A stretch of DNA of 49,558 bases. Origin: an uncultured bacterium. GTDB lineage: Bacteria; JAJVIF01; JAPKYR01. Positions 18,889-27,650 of the stretch are shown here, piece by piece (within the stretch, counting starts at the first letter, position 1; each line of letters starts with the position of its first letter). The stretch covers positions 1 to 49,558 of the forward strand of contig CBDURU010000015.1 of assembly GCA_965369865.1 (NCBI GenBank), read 5' to 3'. Both the position numbers and the translations under genes were made by a program. The notes under the pieces were generated by a model. It was not told the DNA's origin. It saw only the letters and a list, made by a program, of their open reading frames with translations, and did not search any database.

Positions 18889-19612
18889 TGAAATCGAACT
18901 TGAGGAGCTCGCATCGAGTATAAAAATACACGGAATCCTCCAGCCGATTCTTGTGAGGTCTGTAAACCAGGGTTACGAACTTGTCAGCGGAGAACGCAGG
19001 TTAAGGGCGGCTGGCCTGGCCGGTATAAAAACCGTACCTGCGATCGTGATCAGTCCCGATGATTCAATTGCTTCTCTTACAATAGCGCTTGTGGAAAATG
19101 TGCAGCGTACAGATCTCAACGCGATAGAACTTGCCAGGGCGTATCAACAGCTCCAGGCAGAATCCGGCCGTACACAGGAAGAGATCGCCGGCACGGTTGG
19201 AAAATCGAGATCCTACGTGGCAAATACGCTGAGGCTCCTTGAATTAAGCGATTCAATTATTGAAGCATTACACCTGGGAAAAATTACAGCCGGTCACGCG
19301 CGTGCGCTGTTGATGGCACCGGAAGAAAACAGGCCGGGACTTTTCAGGAAAATTGTACTGGACGGATTGTCGGTACGGCAGGCTGAGCGATATTCGAAGG
19401 ATGCTCTGAATACTCGCGATGCGGGGTCAGGTACCGGGAAAAATCAGCTTGACAGAGAGACGGAGCGAATGTTAAATGAGATGGTAAAAGCCCTGGAATC
19501 CGCTCTGGGACGCAAATGCAGGATCGAGTTACGAAAAGGGGGCCGGGGACGAATAGTAATGGAATTCAACGATAATCCCGATCTTGAGAATCTCGTGCAG
19601 AGATTGGTGTAG
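18701..19612 (+). CDS. parB: ParB/Spo0J partitioning protein
   Basis: LGKGL.ALI, PNP.QPR, GERRLRA, ENVQR.DL, HTH SRSYVANTLRLL; GGAGG RBS. Confidence 0.95.
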   Translation: MPRKPALGKGLNALIPQQERIEPGLPSRIDPVNSAVDRTGTWVREIEVSRIVPNPSQPRRIFNEIELEELASSIKIHGILQPILVRSVNQGYELVSGERRLRAAGLAGIKTVPAIVISPDDSIASLTIALVENVQRTDLNAIELARAYQQLQAESGRTQEEIAGTVGKSRSYVANTLRLLELSDSIIEALHLGKITAGHARALLMAPEENRPGLFRKIVLDGLSVRQAERYSKDALNTRDAGSGTGKNQLDRETERMLNEMVKALESALGRKCRIELRKGGRGRIVMEFNDNPDLENLVQRLV

Positions 19613-19668
19613 AATAGACGATATATAATTTATAAAGATTAAACCAGATTAAACAATCACCCGGAGAG

Positions 19669-20196
19669 GTGAAACAGAACGTGAGTTTTCCAATCATCCT
19701 GATAACGGCGGTCATCTACATCGGAATTGGCGTATGGATAATGGTTTGGGTACGAACCGACAACCAGTTCCGAATGAGTGAGATGGTCGATATCCTCGCC
19801 TACGGTTCAATCATTCTATGGCCGATCACCGCGCTCATGTGGCTGTCGCTGCGTCCCCCTGAACAGCTTGATGACCTTGGCGCAAAGAAGAGCTACCAGG
19901 ACTTTAAGAATTTCATGCGGTCGCGTCGCGGGCTGGATACGGATCTCCTTTCATCAATCGATAAGTACACCAAAAAGACCACTGGAACCGACCCGTACGA
20001 GATTACGACCGCACAGCCTGATTTCAGGGACTTCCATCTCGAAGAACTGATTCAAAAGAAGGAATGGATGGAAGCTCTGCGGACTGCGAACGACATGCTT
20101 CGGTTTGCCCGTGAACAACAGGAAGAAGCCAGGGTGACAGCCTACGAGGCATACATCAAGGAAATCAAGGACAAACGTCGAAGTGATTTAGTATAA
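19669..20196 (+). CDS. Hypothetical membrane protein
   Basis: Two TM helices, GGAG RBS before GTG. Confidence 0.7.
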   Translation: MKQNVSFPIILITAVIYIGIGVWIMVWVRTDNQFRMSEMVDILAYGSIILWPITALMWLSLRPPEQLDDLGAKKSYQDFKNFMRSRRGLDTDLLSSIDKYTKKTTGTDPYEITTAQPDFRDFHLEELIQKKEWMEALRTANDMLRFAREQQEEARVTAYEAYIKEIKDKRRSDLV

Positions 20197-20433
20197 AAAA
20201 TGGTTGAAAATGGCAATCGATGTATTTAAACATTTTTTTGTTTTATTTTATAGACCATCGGTAGCATGTTTTAATCGTAAACTTAGACAGCACCAATCGG
20301 AATATGTGTAACTTTTCCACCTGAGGTTTTATTGTAACTCTGTTGAAATCTATGTACACAGGGGAATATTAGACATTGGCATTTTTTACAGGTGGAAAAT
20401 GCCTTATTTCATTTTCTGCGATTTTTAAGCGTT

Positions 20434-21402
20434 ATGCCGTCAACTAATCAAAGCAAGCTTTCCCTCCCCCGGGCACCATGGTATCACAGACTGCGGTGGC
20501 GTTTGGAACGTGGCCTTGGTATATTCATGTACTGGCTTGTCAGGAAACTAAAACGGAAAACCGCCTTGAACCTCGCGCGAACCCTTGGCGCCATCGCTTT
20601 CAGGATGTTTAAAAAATACCGCATGGTCTGCCTTGACGGACTGACGATTGCGTTTGGCGATCGGTATTCCCTTGAGGAGAAACTTGCCATCGCGAAGGAA
20701 TCTCAAACCAACCTTGTAAGAACAATAATGGATTTCCTCAGGTTCGGCATGTATTCGAAGGATGAATTCCTCGGATTTGCCGCAACGGTAACTGGAAAAG
20801 AGCGCCTCGTTAAGGCATTTGAGAAAAGCGAAGGTGGCGTTATCGGGCTTACAGCGCATCTTGGTTCATGGGAATATTGCGGCGCATGGTCTGTAGCGGA
20901 AGGATGGAACCTGTCGGCGGTCGGCAAGGAACAGAGGGACCCGGGGATAACAAAAATTATGCTCGAGCTTAGATCAGCAGTGGGGATAAAACATATCCCA
21001 AGGTCCAGGCGCGGAAACCTCGAACTGGTCAGGGCACTTAAAACAAAAAACACAATACTCGGTTTGATATCGGACCAGAACGGCGGCGGGGCCGGGGAAT
21101 TTGTTGATTTCTTTGGCGTCAAGGCATCCAGTGCGAAGGGCCCCGCATTCCTGGCGCGGAAATATAATGTCCCGGTCGTACCGATCTTCGCGTTGTGGGA
21201 AGGAGACAATTACCGTATTGAAATTCTCCCGGAAGTTGAGGTGGTTCGTACTGATGATGAAGAGGCGGACATCCATGAGAATACGCAAAGGTTTCAGAAG
21301 GTGATCGAGGACATGGTGAGAAAATATCCGGGACAGTGGCTGTGGGCGCATCGCAGGTGGAAAACAAGGCCTGAGGGTGAACCGCCTTTACATATGCATT
21401 AG
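20434..21402 (+). CDS. Lipid A/lysophospholipid acyltransferase (LpxL/HtrB family); ORF open from 20392
   Basis: AHLGSWE, ISDQ, VDFFG, PGQWLWAHRRWK. Confidence 0.88.
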   Translation: MPSTNQSKLSLPRAPWYHRLRWRLERGLGIFMYWLVRKLKRKTALNLARTLGAIAFRMFKKYRMVCLDGLTIAFGDRYSLEEKLAIAKESQTNLVRTIMDFLRFGMYSKDEFLGFAATVTGKERLVKAFEKSEGGVIGLTAHLGSWEYCGAWSVAEGWNLSAVGKEQRDPGITKIMLELRSAVGIKHIPRSRRGNLELVRALKTKNTILGLISDQNGGGAGEFVDFFGVKASSAKGPAFLARKYNVPVVPIFALWEGDNYRIEILPEVEVVRTDDEEADIHENTQRFQKVIEDMVRKYPGQWLWAHRRWKTRPEGEPPLHMH

Positions 21403-21415
21403 CAAACAAATAATG

Positions 21416-21448
21416 AAAAAGCCCCGGACATTCAATCCGGGGCTTTTT
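21416..21448. terminator. Bidirectional intrinsic terminator
   Basis: AAAAAGCCCCGGA...TCCGGGGCTTTTT between convergent genes. Confidence 0.85.
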
Positions 21449-21474
21449 GATTTCTTTATTCTGGTTATTGGAGT

Positions 21475-22629
21475 TTACGGTTCGATTTCAATTTCGTACC
21501 AACCCTCGCCTGAGAAACTGTAGACCTTAATCCAGCATTCTCCTGGGACACGGAAATCGTCCCAGTCGGGGCTGCTGGATGAAGTCAGGCTCCCAACGAC
21601 ATCGTCATCAGACCAGACTTCAAGGTCAATGTCACACTCGTCATCATCATACATAAGGGTGATTGTAGGGCGGCGTCCTTCCTGGCCTTCCAGTACGTAC
21701 CAGTCTACGTCACCTTCACAGGCATAGCCTTCGATGAACAGGCTGCCGATTGAATCAGCGAGGTCCCAGTCATCGTTTGGTTCTATTTCATCCGGGCCTT
21801 CGCACTCATCATAATATTCATAGTGGTCATAATCGTCATCCGGTTCGATATAGATATAATACTCACCTTCACCATCGAACGCATAAACATGGATGTAGCA
21901 CGTATCCTCAACATCGAAATATCCACCATCAGGGCTGGCAAGTGATGTCAGTGAATCCACGAGGTCACGGCTTCGACCGCTTCCCGAATAGACCTCAAGG
22001 TCGATGTCACATTCGTCATCGTCGTACTCAAGTTCGATGTAAGGGTAAAAACCCTCCTGCCCATCGAGGACGAACCAGTCTTCATCATCTACGCAGGCAT
22101 AGCCTTCAATTTCAAAGCCCGTGATAAGGTCCGCAAGGTCCCAGTCATCATTGGATTCGACCTCGTCATAGCCTTCGCAGTCGTCAGGCCTGTAATAACC
22201 GCCATTCTCCGGTTCGATTTCGATCGTATAATCCCCATTACCATTGTACGCGATAACGCGCAGGTAGCAGGTATCATCGACATCAAAATCATCACCGTCC
22301 GGGCTGTATATGGATGACAATGATCCAACCAGATCGCGGTCACGGCCACTCCCGGAGTAGATCTCCATGTCGATGTCACAATCATCGTCGTCATACCAGA
22401 TTGTTATATACGGGAAATAACCTTCCTGGCCGTCAACCAGGACGAACCAGTCATCATCGTCGCCGCGACGCCCGATTTCGCCATCGATGACCAGCCCGGT
22501 GATTTCAGTGGCATCGCGCCAGTCATCATTTGGTTCCCATTCATCAGGACCTTCCTGCGCCACTGCAGGTGCGAGAGTAAAAAGTAACAATGCGATAGCT
22601 GCAATCGTGATTGATAAAGAAATTTTCAT
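21475..22629 (-). CDS. Secreted acidic protein with three PPC-like (E-P/S-N-D) repeats
   Basis: Signal peptide AVA-QE; three ~120-aa repeats EPND..DW..L.GQEG..CDID.E. Confidence 0.8.
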   Translation of the reverse strand: MKISLSITIAAIALLLFTLAPAVAQEGPDEWEPNDDWRDATEITGLVIDGEIGRRGDDDDWFVLVDGQEGYFPYITIWYDDDDCDIDMEIYSGSGRDRDLVGSLSSIYSPDGDDFDVDDTCYLRVIAYNGNGDYTIEIEPENGGYYRPDDCEGYDEVESNDDWDLADLITGFEIEGYACVDDEDWFVLDGQEGFYPYIELEYDDDECDIDLEVYSGSGRSRDLVDSLTSLASPDGGYFDVEDTCYIHVYAFDGEGEYYIYIEPDDDYDHYEYYDECEGPDEIEPNDDWDLADSIGSLFIEGYACEGDVDWYVLEGQEGRRPTITLMYDDDECDIDLEVWSDDDVVGSLTSSSSPDWDDFRVPGECWIKVYSFSGEGWYEIEIEP

Positions 22630-22918
22630 TTAAGCCTCCCGTCTCAGCTTTTGACATTATTATTTTTGATCAATAAATCATATATACTAAATATGATTTG
22701 CAGGGCATATACCCTTATAAATCACCCAAGATTTCCTAAAAAAGGAACCCGGGAAACAAATTCTGCGCCGATATAATTTCCGCACCCGGAATCATATCAC
22801 GAAAATATTAAATTTGATTAAAAATGATAAAGAAATTCCGGATTAGTCATATTTATAATTCCATGGGTAAGGAACTATAAAGTCCCCTTGAGAGAGATGA
22901 CTTTCCCGTGATGAAATT

Positions 22919-23653
22919 TTACCCTTCGATTTCAATCGTGTACCCACCCTCACCTTCGAATGCATAAACGTAAAGGTAGCAGGTACCGGCAATCTCAAAC
23001 TCTTTAGTATCGGGGCTGATCGTAAGATCGAGTTGACCGACCAGAAGATCGTCCGAGTAAACAAGGCAGTCGATATCGCAGGTTTCATCGTCGTAACTCA
23101 GCGTGATAGTCGGGTTTGTTCCCTCGAAACCATCAAGGCGGAACCAGTCTATATCATCCTCGCACAAGTATCCCTCGATAGTACCCAGCCCGATAATGTC
23201 AGCCAGGCTCTTATCATCGTTAGGCTCGGCTTCCGATTCACCTTCGCACATAGGATTGATTTCAACCAGGTACATGCCGTTTCCCTCAACCTTCATGACA
23301 CGGATGAAACATGGATCGAGAAGCCCTGAAATTATGAAGCCGTCCACATAGGAGCATCCGCCCGTATCGATTAGTTCCTCACCTGAGTAGACCTCCATAG
23401 TGATTTCGCATTCATCCTCGTTGAATGTCAACTTGAATTCGTTGGTGGAATCCTGCTGGCCGGCCAGGACATACCAGTCTTCGTAGTCACCGTCGCCGAT
23501 TTCACCTTCGATCTGAAACCCCGTAATTTCATCCGCCAGCACCCTCCTGTCATTCGGCTCCCATTCATCGGGACCCTCCTGCGCAACCACTGGAGTGAGA
23601 AGGAAAAATATAATTAGACCTGAAATTACTATTGACAGAGAGAAATATTTCAT
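22919..23653 (-). CDS. Paralogous secreted protein with two PPC-like repeats
   Basis: GAGGAG RBS before ATG 23653; mature N-terminus QEGPDEWEPND identical to neighbour. Confidence 0.8.
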   Translation of the reverse strand: MKYFSLSIVISGLIIFFLLTPVVAQEGPDEWEPNDRRVLADEITGFQIEGEIGDGDYEDWYVLAGQQDSTNEFKLTFNEDECEITMEVYSGEELIDTGGCSYVDGFIISGLLDPCFIRVMKVEGNGMYLVEINPMCEGESEAEPNDDKSLADIIGLGTIEGYLCEDDIDWFRLDGFEGTNPTITLSYDDETCDIDCLVYSDDLLVGQLDLTISPDTKEFEIAGTCYLYVYAFEGEGGYTIEIEG

Positions 23654-23811
23654 TCCTGTGGGATATCTCCTCGTATTTTTATCGGTAATCCACCCGTCGG
23701 ACATTGTATAATATCTATGATACTAAGGCCAACCCGGTAGGATTTTACACTTGATCGCGATCCCGGTTCCCGCGTACTTCAAATCCGTGATAAACTTATT
23801 ACAATAACAGT

Positions 23812-24627
23812 ATGCGAAGATCATCGTTAATTCTTGTACTCCTTATTTTGATTTTCAGCTCCGGATGCCGGACGAGCACGGATGTCAACCCAAATCCATG
23901 GCTGGTAGCGGGTGAGGACCGGTTTTCCAGTTCGGTGAGCAGGAGCCAGATGCGTGCCTTGTATCGACTCTCGCATATTTATAAGGACGCGGGCCTGCAA
24001 TATGAATATATCCACGCCCTTACAACCGCTGTTGAATTATTCGCGGGCGACATCAATATCACTTACGAACTCCTTAACGAACTGATCGAAGGCATCAATG
24101 TAACCAGGAACCTGGCCTCTCAACACAGGATTATTCTCAGTCAGAACGGGATTGACGCATCTTCACTGACACGCGATGAGGATGAATCCCTCGATGAACA
24201 GGTAGAAGCATATTTCAACATTCTGGATAAACTCGAGGCCCGGTACGAGGAGTGTTTCCGGATCCTGAGAAACGCGTGCTGGCAGATACCATACAATCCC
24301 GACCTTTACTATAGAACAGCGCATCTCCAGTTTCTCAGGGCCGAAGAGGACGGGGACGAGGTTAAATATACCGACGCGATAGCTTACCTGAAAAAGGCCA
24401 TCGCTACAGATTCATCTCATCTCGAAAGCTACCGCCTCATCGCAATTGCTTACGAACGTCTCGACCAGAAGGAACTCGCCACTCGCTTCTGGAGACTGTT
24501 TGAGGTGATCTATGAGATCGCTCCCGAGGTCAGGGGTGAAGGATTTATAACGCCTGACAGGGAATCCATGCATGAAGAAGCGTTGTCTCACCTCGAAAGG
24601 CTCGGTGCATTGAGCGAGACGGGTTAA
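23812..24627 (+). CDS. TPR-like lipoprotein
   Basis: Lipobox SSGC; helical TPR-like AI.YLKKAI..D...LESY..IA.AY. Confidence 0.7.
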   Translation: MRRSSLILVLLILIFSSGCRTSTDVNPNPWLVAGEDRFSSSVSRSQMRALYRLSHIYKDAGLQYEYIHALTTAVELFAGDINITYELLNELIEGINVTRNLASQHRIILSQNGIDASSLTRDEDESLDEQVEAYFNILDKLEARYEECFRILRNACWQIPYNPDLYYRTAHLQFLRAEEDGDEVKYTDAIAYLKKAIATDSSHLESYRLIAIAYERLDQKELATRFWRLFEVIYEIAPEVRGEGFITPDRESMHEEALSHLERLGALSETG

Positions 24628-24639
24628 CCGGATCCGGCA

Positions 24640-24972
24640 ATGGATATTTTCATAATGTACATTCTGATGATTATCGACCTCGCGTGGACACTCATGCATC
24701 ACGAGGAAGCGGGTGAACTCAATCCGCTATTCGTCAGGCTGCTTGATGATAGGGAAATTACTTTTGTTTACATAAAACTGGCGGCGAATACTCTCGTGGC
24801 AATTGTGGTGATATACCTGCGCCCTAAGCGGCCCTGGCTCAGCAGGATACTTGCCTTCCTCGGTATTATTGTGTACGGCGTCGTAGTATACTTGCACTGG
24901 TTCGTCGATCACACCCTCCGGTATGCTGAGAAGCTGGATCAATCCAGGCTTTGGGAGTTAATGGCTAAATAA
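24640..24972 (+). CDS. DUF5658-like small membrane protein
   Basis: D...T......ELNP motif, IKL, three TM helices. Confidence 0.7.
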   Translation: MDIFIMYILMIIDLAWTLMHHEEAGELNPLFVRLLDDREITFVYIKLAANTLVAIVVIYLRPKRPWLSRILAFLGIIVYGVVVYLHWFVDHTLRYAEKLDQSRLWELMAK

Positions 24973-24982
24973 CAGATCCCCT

Positions 24983-25192
24983 ATGGACAAAAAACCAATA
25001 AAGAACCAATTTAAAATCCTCGTGCTATATTCCGTGTTCGGAGTCGCGTTGATGTTCGCGGTGATGATACTGGTGTTCTGGATAACGCAGGAGATTGCAA
25101 ACCTCATCCCGATGGGTTTACTGATCGGGGTCCTCGTTGGGGTCGCGTTCAAGCTGTTCAACGATGCTGTCGCACGGGAACAGAATAAGTGA
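24983..25192 (+). CDS. Small two-TM membrane protein
   Basis: Two hydrophobic helices, operonic spacing. Confidence 0.6.
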   Translation: MDKKPIKNQFKILVLYSVFGVALMFAVMILVFWITQEIANLIPMGLLIGVLVGVAFKLFNDAVAREQNK

Positions 25193-25271
25193 GTTATAAA
25201 AATATCTGCATACGGTCACTGCTTACCGTCCCGTCAGGGAGCCGCTCATGATCCCATATGCCCTTCCTCAC

Positions 25272-25412
25272 GGGGCTGTTGAAAAAGTACTAAATCCCGT
25301 AGCGCAGGACGCCGGCCTGCAGTACCGCGGACGGCCCGTCCGCATTAAAAGCAGGATCGAAAAGCGATGATCCCTTGTGATTTTTCAGTCTAATAACTTT
25401 TTCAACAGGCCC
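25272..25412. mobile_element. 141-bp MITE with IS5/IS1182-like ends
   Basis: 17-bp terminal IRs GGGGCTGTTGAAAAAGT / ACTTTTTCAACAGGCCC (1 mismatch), TCAC direct repeats at 25268-25271 and 25413-25416. Confidence 0.75.
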
Positions 25413-25443
25413 TCACCAAGGGCTACTGTTATAATGACATCTG

Positions 25444-26130
25444 TCACGCGAACAATTTTTTCACCCTGGGCTTCAGACGGTAATAATCGAGCTTTGTGAA
25501 CAACGGGTAATGTTTTAAATTCAATCGCGCTTCAAGGTAATCCGCGCATCTGGCAGCATGAAACGTGTTGCCCTCTTGCTGCCTGACAATTAAGTGGATC
25601 GCATCGTCGTTTTGGCTGAGTTCGATGATTCTCCCCCAGAATTGTTTCACTTCCTCACGGCTTACATCATCCGGAATTTCCCCCGTCCTGATCTCCTGAA
25701 GGGTGATCATTGTTATCTCAAGGACTTCCTTCTCAATTCCATTACCAGGGTCAAGTTCATATCCGCAGGCTTCGATAACACCGAATGGATTTTTTTTGGG
25801 GAGCAGGCCGGCATCCCTGACCGAAACTACGTCGATGCCTTCGGGACAGACCTCGATCAGACGTCTCTTCGCTTCGTCCGGATAAATCGCATGTGCGAGT
25901 TGAATGCAGGTGAGCTCAGTATTGCTTGCGACGGCAACCGGGGTAGGCGGGCTGGTTTTAATTTTCAGACGCCTGGAAGGCCCGGCACTCACAACAATTT
26001 TTAAACCCGCCTTTATGAACATCGCCAGTTCAAGCGCCTGCCAGTCGAGATGCCCGATAAATCTCATCAGCCCGGCTTTTTTAAACCGGACGATGATAGG
26101 AAACGATACCGGTTGATTTGGATCAGTCAT
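25444..26130 (-). CDS. TIGR03936/DUF2344 radical SAM-linked protein
   Basis: RFKK.G.MRFIGHLD, S.G....KI....P.PV...S..E, L....PEGI. Confidence 0.75.
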   Translation of the reverse strand: MTDPNQPVSFPIIVRFKKAGLMRFIGHLDWQALELAMFIKAGLKIVVSAGPSRRLKIKTSPPTPVAVASNTELTCIQLAHAIYPDEAKRRLIEVCPEGIDVVSVRDAGLLPKKNPFGVIEACGYELDPGNGIEKEVLEITMITLQEIRTGEIPDDVSREEVKQFWGRIIELSQNDDAIHLIVRQQEGNTFHAARCADYLEARLNLKHYPLFTKLDYYRLKPRVKKLFA

Positions 26131-26274
26131 GGTTTGCAATCCGCCCGAATGACGAATAGTACCATTATTCATGGGATTTACACACTGAATGGCCATTCAA
26201 CTGGTATCCAAAAACCGGAGACCAATTGGATGTTTTCAAAAATCATGGCTCAATGTATATTATGTATAGAGTTT

Positions 26275-26495
26275 AACGGGCTTTTGGGGTGGCGGTTCCA
26301 GGAACATACAAAACTACGCCTCCTTGCAGCAAGACCTTGCCGAAGTTCGCCGTCTATTTGATTCAACCCCCTCTATCCTACGGCACCGCCCCCCACCCCG
26401 TTCAATAGATGTAAAAAGTTAAGAACAAGAACAAAACACAAAAAATATACGCTGTAGACTTTTGAACGCTCGCTGACCTCATCAGCGAGCTTCTT
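26275..26495 (+). ncRNA. Candidate small RNA (long GC-rich closing rod plus downstream terminator)
   Basis: 26275-26303 pairs with 26376-26402; TATATT at 26256; hairpin GCTCGCTGA/TCAGCGAGC 26468-26490; strand uncertain. Confidence 0.4.
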
Positions 26496-26513
26496 CTATT
26501 TGGGGAGAGTTTC

Positions 26514-27350
26514 CTATTTTAAAGCAGAGGAGACAACGTCCGCTGTCAGCCCGATCGAGGGTGATATATTTTTCAAATCACCGTTTGATATGGTTACCCT
26601 GAGGCTTTCTACCTGTAACCAGCGAGTTTCATCGGCTATATTAAGCTTCTCACTTCCCCTGAGTTCGGCGAACCTTTCCTTAAGCTCACCGAATTTTTCT
26701 TCAAGCCCCGAACCAAGCAAAGTTAATTCAGCTTCCACATCAGAGATAGCGGACTCCACTGTCGATATTGCGGCCGAGACCATTTCGCTTGCCGTGGTCG
26801 AGCTCATCGTGTTGACATCCAGGGTGTCGATTCTCAATGCTTCGGTATCCATCTCCGGGTATCGCACATCGAAGCCCGCTTCACTGATGACGTCGGTGGT
26901 AATTCGCACGAAATCACCGGTGAAAAGTTCCCGGCCGGCGAATGTTGTTTCGGAAACGATAACATCGATTCGTGCCAGGCGGCTTTCGATCATGATCTGG
27001 ATATCGTTTAACTGGGACGATGAAAGTCCGCCGGCGGCGACAGCATCCGTCAGGTGTTCAATATCGCTGAGCTCGGATTGAATTAAACTGAGGCCCCGTT
27101 TGACATCCTGTGCGATTGTATGGCGGCTCTGCCCGATACCAGCCTCATCGTGGGTACGCATCAGCCTGGCATGGGCATAGGAAATTTTACCAAGACGAAT
27201 CGACAACGAATCCCGGGATTCCGGAAGGTCGGCTTCGGTGATTTTCCGGCTGGCATTGAGAGAGGCGTTTCTGATCTCACTGATCCTGGTGGCATCTTCC
27301 GCATCCCTCAGGAAACCAATAACAGTTTGAGCTGCGCTCCTGATATCCAT
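26514..27350 (-). CDS. Divergent flagellin-like protein
   Basis: GLSLIQ, LS......IQ..I...L..ID.IV..TTF.G..LF.G (flagellin N domain); AI..V..AI..V......LG C-terminal helix. Confidence 0.65.
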   Translation of the reverse strand: MDIRSAAQTVIGFLRDAEDATRISEIRNASLNASRKITEADLPESRDSLSIRLGKISYAHARLMRTHDEAGIGQSRHTIAQDVKRGLSLIQSELSDIEHLTDAVAAGGLSSSQLNDIQIMIESRLARIDVIVSETTFAGRELFTGDFVRITTDVISEAGFDVRYPEMDTEALRIDTLDVNTMSSTTASEMVSAAISTVESAISDVEAELTLLGSGLEEKFGELKERFAELRGSEKLNIADETRWLQVESLRVTISNGDLKNISPSIGLTADVVSSALK

Positions 27351-27605
27351 TTCAGGTTCCTGACTATTGAAATTCTCATATTAGTATCAGCATATTTGCC
27401 ATTCACTGGAATTTACGAAGGGGGGATTTGAGTGTGCCGGAATGACTTTCCGGTATTTAAAGGCCTTTCGCGTGATCGGTAATTTGCATAATTTAATAAA
27501 AAACTATAAAAAAGCCTTAAAACTGCGTTGGTTAAGCCATTTTTTGAGCGATTAGCCCTAGTCGGATTTTAATTATTGTGGTATAATGATATACGTTGAT
27601 ATATC

Positions 27606-27621
27606 TGGCATAAATATTGCT
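27606..27621 (+). promoter_or_regulatory. Sigma54 (-24/-12) promoter
   Basis: TGGCAT-AAATA-TTGCT matches TGGCAC-N5-TTGC, 30 bp before ATG 27651. Confidence 0.7.
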
Positions 27622-27650
27622 AATTTAACCTTATTAAGGGAGGTGATCAT

